A DNA stretch of 64,000 nucleotides, taken from contig CBDCXW010000005.1 of assembly GCA_965223945.1 (NCBI GenBank), positions 2,244-66,243 on the forward strand, written 5' to 3'. Below the pieces are notes generated by a model. The model saw only the letters and a program-made list of their open reading frames with translations, had not been told where the DNA came from and made no database searches. Positions 24,111 through 33,434 of the stretch are shown piece after piece (position 1 is the stretch's first letter; each line of letters begins with the position of its first letter). Source of the DNA: Dehalococcoidia bacterium (lineage in GTDB: Bacteria; Chloroflexota; Dehalococcoidia; Lucifugimonadales; CATQGZ01). A program made the position numbers and the translations under genes.

Positions 24111-24857
24111 GTGAAGGCGTCCCTCTTCGTCACCTGCATAGTTGACCAGTTCTACCCCGAGGTGGGCGAGAGCACCGTCCGGGTGCTGGAGCGCCTCGGC
24201 GTGGACGTGGACTTCCCGCGAGGCCAGACCTGCTGCGGACAGCCCGCCTTCAACGCCGGGTACTGGAGCGACGCTAGGCCGCTCGCCAAGCGCTTCATCG
24301 AGACCTTCCGGGGCGACAGATACGTCGTCGCCCCATCGGGCTCCTGCGTCACCATGGTCAGGGTCTTCTATGATGAGCTTCTGCACAACGATCCGGGGGC
24401 CAGGGCTAAGGCGCAGAAGCTGGCTCCGCGCGTATTCGAGCTCTCCGAGTTCATCGTAGACGTCATGGGAATCTCAGACCTGGGTCCGCTGGCCTCTCCG
24501 ACCGAGTCCGAGCCGCTGACGACGACGTACCACGAGGCCTGTCACCTGAGACGCGAGCTGGGAGTCATCGAGCAGCCCAGGGCCCTGATGCGGAGCCTGC
24601 CGGGTGTAGAGCTGGCCGAGATGGACCAGGCAGAGGTCTGCTGCGGCTTCGGCGGCACCTTCAGCGTGAAGTTCCCGGACATATCGGGCGCCATGCTGCA
24701 GGACAAGATCGACCACATCCGGGAGTCGGGCGCGCAGGCCGTCGTGGCCTGCGACAGCAGCTGCCTGATGCAGATCGGCGGCGGTCTCGAAAAGCAGGGC
24801 GCGGACGTCCGCCCCGTCCACCTGGCGCGGCTCATCGACGAGCGGCTGTCGAGATGA
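24111..24857 (+). CDS. lutA: L-lactate utilization protein LutA ((Fe-S)-binding, CCG-domain oxidoreductase)
   Basis: N-terminal VKASLFVTCIVDQFYPEVG, CCGQPAFNAGY and CCGFGGTF cysteine-rich CCG motifs. First gene of a lutABC-ordered triplet. Confidence 0.85.
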   Translation: MKASLFVTCIVDQFYPEVGESTVRVLERLGVDVDFPRGQTCCGQPAFNAGYWSDARPLAKRFIETFRGDRYVVAPSGSCVTMVRVFYDELLHNDPGARAKAQKLAPRVFELSEFIVDVMGISDLGPLASPTESEPLTTTYHEACHLRRELGVIEQPRALMRSLPGVELAEMDQAEVCCGFGGTFSVKFPDISGAMLQDKIDHIRESGAQAVVACDSSCLMQIGGGLEKQGADVRPVHLARLIDERLSR

Positions 24858-26275
24858 AACCGGAGACGGCTGAGTTCAAGGCCAAGGCCGCCCAGGCCCT
24901 CGACAGCCCAGGTGTCCAGCAGGCCCTCGGAGGACTCTACCCCGGCTTCCACGCCGCCCGCATCGCGGCGGCCGAGGCGACGGACAACTGGGAGGAGATG
25001 CGCGACAGGGGCCGCGCTATCAAGGCCCACACTCTCGCCAACCTCGACCGGTACCTCGAGCAGGTCGAGGCCAACGTCTTAAAGGCCGGCGGCAACGTGT
25101 TCTTCGCCGCCGACGCCGAGGCCGCCAACCAGTACGTCCTCGACCTTGCCCGTGCAAGGGGCGTGAAGACGGTGATCAAGGGCAAGTCGATGATCTCCGA
25201 AGAGATGGACCTGAACCACCGCCTCCAGGGCATAGGCGTAGAAGCGGTCGAGACCGACCTCGGGGAGTACATCATCCAGCTTGCCGAGGAGACACCCTTC
25301 CACATCGTAGCCCCGGCCATTCACAAGTCGCGCGAAGACGTTGCGGACCTGTTCCACGACAAGCTGGGCGCCCCCCGCTACACCGAGATTACCGATATGG
25401 CGGCCGAGGCGCGCGCTCAGCTACGCGAGAAGTTCATGACCGCCGACATGGGCATCACCGGCGCGAACTTCATGGTCGCCGAGACCGGCACGGTCGTGCT
25501 GGTGACCAACGAAGGCAATGGGCGCATGTGCACGTCCATGCCCCGGGTGCACGTCGCCATAGCCGGCATGGAGAAGGTCATCCCGTCGATTGAAGACCTG
25601 GGGACGATGCTGCGGCTGCTGATCCGCTCGGCCACCGGACAGACCCTCTCCTCCTACGTGACCGCCGTCACCGGGCCGCGCGGCGCGGACGAGGAGGACG
25701 GCCCGGAGGAGTTCCACCTGGTCATCGTGGACAACGGAAGGTCGAAGATGCTGGCGGACCCGCAGCTTCGAGAGGCCCTGTATTGCCTCCGATGCGGCGC
25801 ATGCCTGAATGCCTGCCCGGTCTACCGGAAGGTCGGGGGCCACGCCTATGGGTGGGTCTACAGCGGGCCTATCGGGGCCGTCGTCTCCCCCATGCTCAGC
25901 GGGCTTTCCGAAGGAAGCGACCTGCCATACGCGTCCAGTCTCTGTGGAGCCTGCCGCGAGGCGTGCCCGGTCAAGATCGACATACCCAGGATGCTCCTCT
26001 ACATGCGCAAGGAGGTCTCGGAAGGCGAGACCTATCCTGACCAGAAGAACTCGCCGATGGTGGAGCGCCTGGCCATGAAGGCCTGGAGGCTGTCGGTCAG
26101 CAGCCCGACTATGATGGGCTTCGCCAACCGGCTGGGCCGCATCCTGCAGGTGCCGATAGCCAGGGCGGGCAGGCTCCGGCGGCTTCCGCCGCCCCTGTCC
26201 GGCTGGACGAGGCACCGGACATTCCCGGCGCTCGTCCGGCCCTTCCGGGCCAGATGGAGAAAGAAGGGTGGCTAG
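24854..26275 (+). CDS. lutB: L-lactate utilization protein LutB (4Fe-4S ferredoxin-type)
   Basis: LUD domain followed by CLRCGACLNACPVY and CGACREACPVKI ferredoxin motifs. Overlaps the lutA stop. Confidence 0.85.
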   Translation: MKPETAEFKAKAAQALDSPGVQQALGGLYPGFHAARIAAAEATDNWEEMRDRGRAIKAHTLANLDRYLEQVEANVLKAGGNVFFAADAEAANQYVLDLARARGVKTVIKGKSMISEEMDLNHRLQGIGVEAVETDLGEYIIQLAEETPFHIVAPAIHKSREDVADLFHDKLGAPRYTEITDMAAEARAQLREKFMTADMGITGANFMVAETGTVVLVTNEGNGRMCTSMPRVHVAIAGMEKVIPSIEDLGTMLRLLIRSATGQTLSSYVTAVTGPRGADEEDGPEEFHLVIVDNGRSKMLADPQLREALYCLRCGACLNACPVYRKVGGHAYGWVYSGPIGAVVSPMLSGLSEGSDLPYASSLCGACREACPVKIDIPRMLLYMRKEVSEGETYPDQKNSPMVERLAMKAWRLSVSSPTMMGFANRLGRILQVPIARAGRLRRLPPPLSGWTRHRTFPALVRPFRARWRKKGG

Positions 26276-27023
26276 CTCCCGCGACCAGTTCATGGACACA
26301 GTCCGCAGTGCCCTGCGGAGCGGCGCCGGGGCGGACGTGGACTCCTTCGGCGAGGCGAGCGCGATATCCGCCGCCGCGTCCGACGTCGATGAGAGAGCCA
26401 AGGACGTTCTGAGACAGACCGCGCGGGACAAGCACGACCTGCTGCTCCAGCTGCGGGAATCGGCCGAGAAGGCCGGGGCCGTCGTGTCGATGGCTCGGTC
26501 AATCGAGGAGGCCACCGAGTACGTCGTCTCCGTGGTGCGCAACATCGAGGCCCGCTCTGTCGTCCGCTCCGGCCACGACGTACTCGACCGGCTGGGAATC
26601 GACGCTGCCCTGGCCACGGCGGGCGTCGAGGTGACGGTTTCCGCCGCCCCCCAGGGCGGCGACCGACAGCCCAAGCGTGAAGAGCTCCGGCAACAGGCGG
26701 CGCGCGCGGACGTGGGCATTACGGGAGTGGACTACGCCATCGCCGAGACAGGGAGCTGCGTCATAGTCCCCCGCCCGGGAGTAAGCCGCGCGGTCTCCCT
26801 GCTCCCGCCGGTGCACGTCGCCGTCGTAGAGGCCGGCTGCGTTCTGCCGAGCCTCGACGAGCTGTTCGTACTGAGACGCAGCGACTTCCTCAATGGGAAG
26901 ATGGGCAGCTACATGAACATCATCACGGGCCCAAGCCGCTCGGCGGATATCGAGTACACCATCGTGAAAGGCGTCCACGGACCCGGCGAGGTACACCTCG
27001 TCCTTCTCGATGTAGAGCCGTAG
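26268..27023 (+). CDS. lutC: L-lactate utilization protein LutC (LUD domain)
   Basis: C-terminal GITGVDYAIAETGSCVI...PPVHVAVV...NIITGPSRSADIE matches the LUD/LutC family. Overlaps the lutB stop. Confidence 0.8.
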   Translation: MASSRDQFMDTVRSALRSGAGADVDSFGEASAISAAASDVDERAKDVLRQTARDKHDLLLQLRESAEKAGAVVSMARSIEEATEYVVSVVRNIEARSVVRSGHDVLDRLGIDAALATAGVEVTVSAAPQGGDRQPKREELRQQAARADVGITGVDYAIAETGSCVIVPRPGVSRAVSLLPPVHVAVVEAGCVLPSLDELFVLRRSDFLNGKMGSYMNIITGPSRSADIEYTIVKGVHGPGEVHLVLLDVEP

Positions 27024-27025
27024 AC

Positions 27026-28648
27026 ATGATCGTAACCCAGCGGAACTGCGTGACGGAGTGGCACTTCTCGTCAGGTCCGGCCTACTCAGACCCCTTCAAC
27101 GACGTTGACCTGGACGTACTGTTTACCGACCCGGACGGCGAGGAGCGCCAGGTACCGGCCTTCTGGTCGGGGGAGAGCACCTGGCGCGTCCGGTACGCCT
27201 CGCCCAAGGTGGGCACTCACAGGTGGCGCTCCGAATGCTCCGACCCATCGAACGCCAACCTCCACGGCCGGGAGGGAGCGGTCGAGGTGGTGCCGTACAG
27301 TGGCCGGAACCCGCTGATGCTCCATGGGCCTCTCAGGGTCAGCGAGAGCGGGAGGCACTTCGAGCACGCAGACGGCACGCCCTTCTTCTGGCTCGCCGAC
27401 ACCTGGTGGATGGGCCTGTGCGAGCGGCTTGGATGGCCGGGGGACTTCCAGACGCTGACATCCGACCGCGTCCGCAAGGGCTTCACCGTGATACAGACGG
27501 TCGCCGGCCTCTACCCGGACATGGGGTGGCGCGACCCGCGCCAGGTGAACGAGGCGGGCTACCCGTGGGACGAGGCGTTCAACGCGGTCGAGCCGGCCTA
27601 CTTCGACCACGCCGATCTGCGATTGCACCACCTCGTCAGAAGCGGGCTGGTCCCGTGCATCGTGGCCTGCTGGGGCTACTACCTACCCCTGATGGGCGTG
27701 GAGCGGATGAAGAAGCACTGGCGCAACCTGGTGGCCCGGTACGGGGCCTATCCGGTCGTGTGGTGCCTGGCCGGGGAGGCCTCGATGCCCTTCTACCTGT
27801 CGAAGGACAGGGAGAACGAGGAGCGGCTGCAGATGGAGGGCTGGACCGAGATGGCGGCCTACATGCGGGCAGCCGACCCGTACCGCCGACCCGTCACCAT
27901 CCACCCGTCCGGGCCGGGCTCCTCACGCGAGGATGTGGTCGACACGTCCGACCTGGACTTCATCATGCTCCAGACCGGCCACGCCGACAGGGTCAGCCTG
28001 CCGGACACGCTGCGCATCGTAGCCGAGGAATACGCGGCGGAGCCGGTCAGGCCGATCATCAATGGCGAGGTCACCTACGAGGGGCTGGCCGAGTCGAACC
28101 GCCAGGAGATCCAGCGGTGGATGTTCTGGGCCTGCGTTCTGGGCGGGGCGGCCGGCCACTCGTACGGAGCGAACGGCATCTGGCAGGTGAACCACAAGGA
28201 CGCGCCGTACGGCAGGTCGCCGGGCGGGCAGTCCTGGGGCGACACCGCGTGGGACGACGCCTACGTCCTCCCCGGCTCGGGCCAGCTGGGCCTGTCCAAG
28301 CGGTTCCTTGAGAGGTTCCGCTGGTGGGACCTGCAGCCCCGGCCCGACTGGGTGGAGCACCCGGCGACGCCGGACGAGCCGCACGGCGCCCACGCCGCGG
28401 GCATACCGCGCAAGCTGCGCTTCGTCTACGTGCCCGGCGAGGTCTCAGCCCGCGGCATGAGGACCTGGCGGATCGACATGAAGGGGATCGAGTCGGACGT
28501 CGACTACCACGCCCTCCTGTTCAACCCGGTCAATGGCTCCGAGACCGATTTGGGGCCGGTCGAGCCCGACTCGGAGAGTCGCTGGCGACCGCCGTGGAAC
28601 CGCGCGCCGATCTTCCACGACTGGATAGTAGTGCTGGAGGCGAGGTAG
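27026..28648 (+). CDS. DUF5060/DUF4038-type glycoside-hydrolase-like protein (GH140-like TIM barrel)
   Basis: An N-terminal Ig-like segment (FTDPDGEERQVPAFWSGESTWRVRY) is followed by GTPFFWLADTWW and GFTVIQTV, typical of DUF4038. Confidence 0.65.
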   Translation: MIVTQRNCVTEWHFSSGPAYSDPFNDVDLDVLFTDPDGEERQVPAFWSGESTWRVRYASPKVGTHRWRSECSDPSNANLHGREGAVEVVPYSGRNPLMLHGPLRVSESGRHFEHADGTPFFWLADTWWMGLCERLGWPGDFQTLTSDRVRKGFTVIQTVAGLYPDMGWRDPRQVNEAGYPWDEAFNAVEPAYFDHADLRLHHLVRSGLVPCIVACWGYYLPLMGVERMKKHWRNLVARYGAYPVVWCLAGEASMPFYLSKDRENEERLQMEGWTEMAAYMRAADPYRRPVTIHPSGPGSSREDVVDTSDLDFIMLQTGHADRVSLPDTLRIVAEEYAAEPVRPIINGEVTYEGLAESNRQEIQRWMFWACVLGGAAGHSYGANGIWQVNHKDAPYGRSPGGQSWGDTAWDDAYVLPGSGQLGLSKRFLERFRWWDLQPRPDWVEHPATPDEPHGAHAAGIPRKLRFVYVPGEVSARGMRTWRIDMKGIESDVDYHALLFNPVNGSETDLGPVEPDSESRWRPPWNRAPIFHDWIVVLEAR

Positions 28649-28654
28649 GACAGC

Positions 28655-29641
28655 GTGACCGACACGATACCGAGAGGCATCCGCCCGTCCTTCCCCGTCG
28701 AGGTGCCGAGAAGCCTGGTCCGTGAGAGGTTCCAGGAGCTTCTGGGCCTCGACGAAATTCCGACCTCTGTAGACTTCAGCACCGGCGAGTCACACGAAGA
28801 CGACGGGCTCCGCTTCACCAGTCTTCGTTACGCCAACTACATGGGAGAGACGATCTCGGCTGTGTTGGTCAGGCCCGTTGCCCCAGGAACCGGACCGCTC
28901 CCGGGGGTCGTCGGCATGCCAGGGACGGGCAGCTCAGCCGAGGAGATGATCGATCCCCGGATGTACCGGCCCGTACAGGGGCACGGCCCTCTGCTCGGCT
29001 GGGGCCGCGAACTCGCGAAGAGGGGGTACGCGGTCCTGACCTTCTCCCCGAAGGGCACGGCCGTCCGGCGCAAGACGCGCGACGACTGGGAGGAGGAGAC
29101 GAAGCTGCTGGCGCCCTACGCGAGGCCGCAGCTTGGCATCCTGGCCGACGAGACGATCAGGGCCTCCCTGGTGCTGGCCGCCACCGACGGCATAGACCCC
29201 GAAAGGATTGGCCTGACCGGCATGTCCCTGGGCGGCCTGGCCTCGTGGCTGGCGATGTCGATGGCGCCCTGGGTCCATACCGCCGCTGTCGTCTGCGGCG
29301 TTCTGGGCACGATGGAGCAGATGATCCATCACGGGCAGGTCGAGCGCCACAGCTCGGCCATCTTCATCCCGCACATGCTCCGGTACTTCGACCACCCCGA
29401 AGTCGTGGCGGCCTGCATCGCGCCGAGGCCCTTCATGATGGTCGCGCCGACCGAGGACGACGATATGCCGAGAGAGGGCGTGGACGAGCTGATCAGCGTC
29501 GTGGCGCCGGTATACGAGGTATCAGGACACCCGGAGCATTTTCGGGTCCACCGCCCGCCGGGGATACACACCTACAGGCTGGAGTATTTCGACTGGGTGG
29601 TCGAGTGGTTCGACGAGCACCTGAAGGCGAACGCGGCCTGA
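28655..29641 (+). CDS. alpha/beta hydrolase (dienelactone hydrolase / acetyl-xylan-esterase-like)
   Basis: Nucleophile elbow GMSLGG, a preceding beta-strand/loop pattern PGVVGMPGTGSS, and a C-terminal acid/His region. Confidence 0.7.
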   Translation: MTDTIPRGIRPSFPVEVPRSLVRERFQELLGLDEIPTSVDFSTGESHEDDGLRFTSLRYANYMGETISAVLVRPVAPGTGPLPGVVGMPGTGSSAEEMIDPRMYRPVQGHGPLLGWGRELAKRGYAVLTFSPKGTAVRRKTRDDWEEETKLLAPYARPQLGILADETIRASLVLAATDGIDPERIGLTGMSLGGLASWLAMSMAPWVHTAAVVCGVLGTMEQMIHHGQVERHSSAIFIPHMLRYFDHPEVVAACIAPRPFMMVAPTEDDDMPREGVDELISVVAPVYEVSGHPEHFRVHRPPGIHTYRLEYFDWVVEWFDEHLKANAA

Positions 29642-30010
29642 TGCCTGGGGTCGCCGGACCCATTTCAGTCTAAAGGCGCAAACACTTGGGCTCCCCTCTC
29701 CGATGTCTCTAGGCTCGCTGATAGCCTCATCACCGATTATGAAAAGCTCTTTGGCGAGAACCTTCAGGTAACGCTTCAGACGCGCCTTGGAGCACTGAAG
29801 AACAAGGTCGACCAACAGGGTCAGGTTAATCTCTCGTCTCGGGTTACTGCGCTGGGGGACCGGCTCCCAATCGAGCTCGCGACATTCGACTTGACTGGCC
29901 CTTGCAGGACCTGACTATGATGCTACCATCTCGTTTGGGCTGCCTTTTGAGCCTGAAGACTCCCAATATGGGGAATCCTGGCTTAGACCTGAGACCAGAC
30001 GTCAGACCAT

Positions 30011-31078
30011 ATGGGTAAAAGGACTTTCAGAGAGTTGAAAGCAGACGCGAACGGCAAGATCGAACCTACTGGAACTGGCGAGGACAAGGCCGAAGAACGC
30101 CCGCACGGTTTCTCGGCTGACCAAGAGGCACGGCATGACGGTCAAGCGGAGAGAGGACCCCATGCGGAAGATAGTCGGCCCTTTGAGCCCCTGCGGTCGA
30201 GCTCGGTGAATCGACTGAATCGACTGCAGGACTCGGCGAATCGACTGAGTCGACTGGCGAATTCAGGGATTCTGGACTCGGTGAATGAACTGAGTCGACT
30301 GGCGAATTCAGGGATTCTGGACTCGGTGAATGAACTGAGTCGACTGGCGAGGAATTTCAGTCTCCCGAACCTCTTCGAGTCACCCTTCACGGGATTCCTA
30401 TGGCCTCTACCCCCGCTCGTCAATCCGAAGGCACGAGTGGCCGAAGAACTTGGGTGGGTAGTTCACCGTACCTTGCCAACAACCGTGCTTGAGGATGCTT
30501 CCGAAGACAACCTAGACGAAGCAATAATGACCCACTACAAGGAGCGATGGGCTGAAGTCCGAAGGGAGATCGAACTCGCCACAAGCGGATATTTGATCGA
30601 CGAAGATTCAAAGGAGACCATGAGTCAGATGCTCTCAGCCCACGAATATGGGTTGTACCGCCTAGTGCCGGTGGCGATGATGGTCGAAATAGAGAGGGCT
30701 GTCAGAGTACACTTGTACGGGCAACTCGTAGGGAGGCACCTAGACATCAAAGGGAAAATAGTCGACGAAATAAGCGAGCTCCCGATATCGGCGTTCCAGG
30801 ACATAACCTCAGGCACAATCCAACATGAAACTCTCGAAAATCATCTATACGAGCACATAGACGACGATAGCGACCGGAGCCAGTTCGCGGAAAACCCAAT
30901 CCCGAACCGACATGCGGCAATACACGGGTTGGTTCCCTACTCAACAGAAAAGAGCAGCCTCAACTCCATATTCCTCGCCGACTTCGTCCTTCAGATGATC
31001 ACGGAGATCAAGAAGGAGAAAATTGCCGAAGTCGCAGATATTCTAAGGGGCGGGGTTCTCGGAGCAAAATCAGCGTAG
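30011..31078 (+). CDS. hypothetical protein: disordered N-terminus, tandem SRLANSGILDSVNEL repeats, C-terminal helical domain with candidate HEPN Rx4H motif
   Basis: 355-aa ORF in a visibly lower-GC islet. NRHAAIHG (about 30904-30927) fits the HEPN R-x4-H(-G) catalytic motif near the C-terminal helices. No other family is recognised. Confidence 0.45.
   Translation: MGKRTFRELKADANGKIEPTGTGEDKAEERPHGFSADQEARHDGQAERGPHAEDSRPFEPLRSSSVNRLNRLQDSANRLSRLANSGILDSVNELSRLANSGILDSVNELSRLARNFSLPNLFESPFTGFLWPLPPLVNPKARVAEELGWVVHRTLPTTVLEDASEDNLDEAIMTHYKERWAEVRREIELATSGYLIDEDSKETMSQMLSAHEYGLYRLVPVAMMVEIERAVRVHLYGQLVGRHLDIKGKIVDEISELPISAFQDITSGTIQHETLENHLYEHIDDDSDRSQFAENPIPNRHAAIHGLVPYSTEKSSLNSIFLADFVLQMITEIKKEKIAEVADILRGGVLGAKSA
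30245..30352 (+). repeat. 45-nt tandem repeat (two perfect units plus partial third) inside the 30011..31078 ORF
   Basis: CTGAGTCGACTGGCGAATTCAGGGATTCTGGACTCGGTGAATGAA occurs identically at 30245-30289 and 30290-30334. A third unit matches over its first 16 nt. A degenerate unit lies upstream (about 30200-30244). Confidence 0.9.
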
Positions 31079-31225
31079 ATTGCGCGTCTCTTTCGGCCGG
31101 GGCGGTCTGCGCGTCCATACGCTGGAGTCGCTTCGATTCGGCAGCTTCAGGCACTACTGGGCCGCGATCCTGCTCAGCAGCGGCGTCCAGCAGCATGGGC
31201 ATCCCCTTCTGAACAGTTGCGGGGA

Positions 31226-32920
31226 TTATAACACCGGCTCTTCTCGCCGTAGCCTTTCTATCTCGGCGGCGAACCAGAGGGCCATGCTGCCGCTGCGGTC
31301 GTCGAACCCCGTGAGCGCCTCCCTGTCGAGGTAGTGGCGCAGCGTGAGGCCGTTCCCGGTCCCCGTACAGGCGTCGATGATGTTGCCCCGGTCGTCGATG
31401 CGCTCGGAGACGCCGCGCCACGCCAGCTCGGCAGTCTCCCGGAAGGAGCTGTCCAGCCAGCCCAGTCGCAGGCCGCGTGCGAGGCCGTACCCGACCATGC
31501 AGGTGGCGGTGAGCTCCTGGTAGGAGCCGATGAAGTCAACGACCTGGCGAATCATGCCCGACGTCTCCTGGCGCTCTCGCAGGGCGGCCATCTGCCGGAC
31601 CGCCATCTCCTCGATGCGGCCCCTCTTGGGATGGTCGGCGGGCATGTAGGTCAGCGTCTCCGCCAGGCCGAGAGCCGCGAACCCATTGCCGCGCCCCCAG
31701 TGGAACGGGCCCGTCCGGCTGTGCAGGAACAGCCCGTTGTCCTGCTGGACTCCGGCGTCGAGCAGGAAGTCGGCAAGAATATCGATGCGCGACGCGTCGC
31801 CGGTGAGCGAGAAGCCGCGTCCGAGCACCGCGCTCACGAAGAAGTGGTCCTCGGTCGGGAAGTTGGATCTGGCCGGAGGCGGGGCCTGGCCGGGCCCCTG
31901 GCGGGAGTAGCGGCCCGCGGCCTCTACCAGGATGTCCGAGAACCGGCTGTCTCCTACGGCCTCCGCGAGCTCGTCCCCCCAGACGAAGGCCGCGGAGTTC
32001 TCGCTGATGCCGACTTCCTGACCGTCACGGAAGGCGGATGCACGATCGGCCAGCGGCTCGACCAGGGCGGCGATTTCGGCCGCCGGGGAGGGCGAGTCGG
32101 GTTCGAGGGCCGCCAGACGGAGCCGCCCGCTGATGGCGACTCCCTGCGTGTACACGACCGGCTCGATGGTGCGGCCGTAGGCGGATGTCAGCGCCCTGCC
32201 AATCTCGATGGGCGACCGGGCCCTCCGACGGTCCAGCTCGATGCGGGCGCGCGACGGCACCAAAGCGCCCGACAGCAAGGGCCACAGCCTGTCCAGCTCC
32301 GCCGGTGCCTCTTGAAGCCCTGCCGTGAGCCTGACTCCGGGGACCGAGCCTATGCCCTCCGGCACGCCTCGTCCGATGGCGCCCACGAATCCGTCCGGCG
32401 GCAGGACGGGCGCGGCGTCCAGCGCCGAGGCGAGTGCGCCCGCCGCCTCGTTGACCTCCCACTTCGCGGAGTCGCCCGCCCGAACCTCGATGACCAGGTC
32501 GGGCGCGAGGAGGCAGGTCCAGCGCCAGAGGTAGCGCTCTTCGGGACCGTCGGGGTCGTAGTAGTAACCGCCCTTCGGTGGGTAGGCGGCCTCACTGCTT
32601 CCCGCGCCTCTCCGGGCAGCGAGGTCTGGATAGAGGCATGGCACGGCGGTGAGGGCAGCGGGCGGCTCGCTCCTTCCCGACCATGCCCGCAGGAGATGGA
32701 GCGCGGCGTCGACATCCTCAGCCCGGCCCGACAGGCCCGACACGAGCAACACCCTGGGCCGCCGGCCCGTCCTGGCATAGGCGTCACCGGCCAGCAGAGC
32801 CCGGATGACGTTCTCCAAGCGGGAGACACCGACTCCTGAGAGGCTCCAAAGATCGGGGCGCCTGTCCGCCAGGGCCTCTATTGCCGCAGCGACTCTTGAA
32901 GACATTGGATCGAGGGGCAC
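31226..32920 (-). CDS. GH88/GH105-family unsaturated glycuronyl/rhamnogalacturonyl hydrolase-like protein with extra N-terminal domain
   Basis: The C-terminal half (FHWGRGNGFAALGLAE...RERQETSGMIRQVVD...YQELTATCMVGYGLARG...IIDACTGTGNG) matches the (alpha/alpha)6 YteR/UGL family. Start set at GTG 32920, 6 nt after AAAGGAGG. Confidence 0.65.
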   Translation of the reverse strand: MPLDPMSSRVAAAIEALADRRPDLWSLSGVGVSRLENVIRALLAGDAYARTGRRPRVLLVSGLSGRAEDVDAALHLLRAWSGRSEPPAALTAVPCLYPDLAARRGAGSSEAAYPPKGGYYYDPDGPEERYLWRWTCLLAPDLVIEVRAGDSAKWEVNEAAGALASALDAAPVLPPDGFVGAIGRGVPEGIGSVPGVRLTAGLQEAPAELDRLWPLLSGALVPSRARIELDRRRARSPIEIGRALTSAYGRTIEPVVYTQGVAISGRLRLAALEPDSPSPAAEIAALVEPLADRASAFRDGQEVGISENSAAFVWGDELAEAVGDSRFSDILVEAAGRYSRQGPGQAPPPARSNFPTEDHFFVSAVLGRGFSLTGDASRIDILADFLLDAGVQQDNGLFLHSRTGPFHWGRGNGFAALGLAETLTYMPADHPKRGRIEEMAVRQMAALRERQETSGMIRQVVDFIGSYQELTATCMVGYGLARGLRLGWLDSSFRETAELAWRGVSERIDDRGNIIDACTGTGNGLTLRHYLDREALTGFDDRSGSMALWFAAEIERLRREEPVL

Positions 32921-33056
32921 GTTGACCTCCTTTGGGTGCTGGCAATGATACCGGCTTTGTCCTGCTGACGCTTGACAGACCAGAATATATGTACTACGCT
33001 TCCCCCATGCCAACGACCGACCCCCTACCTGCCGGCGACGTGGGTGTCGAGTAGGT

Positions 33057-33111
33057 GTCCAGCAACTGTCCAGTAAGCGTCCAGTAAGTGTCCAGCGAGT
33101 GTCCAGCGAGC
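33057..33111. repeat. five tandem 11-bp direct repeats GTCCAG(C/T)(A/G)A(C/G)N in a divergent intergenic region
   Basis: Units GTCCAGCAACT, GTCCAGTAAGC, GTCCAGTAAGT, GTCCAGCGAGT and GTCCAGCGAGC are exactly phased at 11 bp. They lie between the divergent genes 31226..32920(-) and 33435..34637(+). Confidence 0.85.
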
Positions 33112-33434
33112 TTCCCGTCCCCAGCTATGAAATCACCAAAAATCCGACAAATTGGACAGATCCGAGGAAAAACTTTCCATTGAGCAGTGCGCGGCCCTGC
33201 CTCACGCAGTGACCTGGCCGCCAATCACCTTGGGTGAAAGGCCGGCGCGAGACTGTTCAGACTTCGTGGGACCTTCCCCGACCGTCGACCGAGTTTAGCT
33301 TTGAGCAAGGCCGTATACCTGCCCTCCGCGGGCATTCGTCCCCTCAACTCTGAACAGCTACCCCCGATGGGAAGGCGGTAGACGGTCGGGCGCGGGCGAT
33401 ACATAATGGTGCCCACCCCACTCTGGAGGGCGCC

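Noticed and set aside
25421-26719. 432-aa minus-strand ORF across lutB/lutC
   Set aside because: It is antisense to two well-supported genes with diagnostic Fe-S and LUD motifs. Its composition is a GC-frame artefact.
29642-29912. Start-less open frame continuing after the hydrolase stop (…DVSRLADSLITDYEKLFGENLQVTLQTRLGALKNKVDQQGQVNLSS…) and the 97-aa minus-strand ORF 29522..29815
   Set aside because: The plus frame has no ATG/GTG start and no RBS. The minus ORF runs into the 3' end of the hydrolase gene. Neither can be supported as a gene. They are mentioned only as a possible decayed remnant in the low-GC islet.
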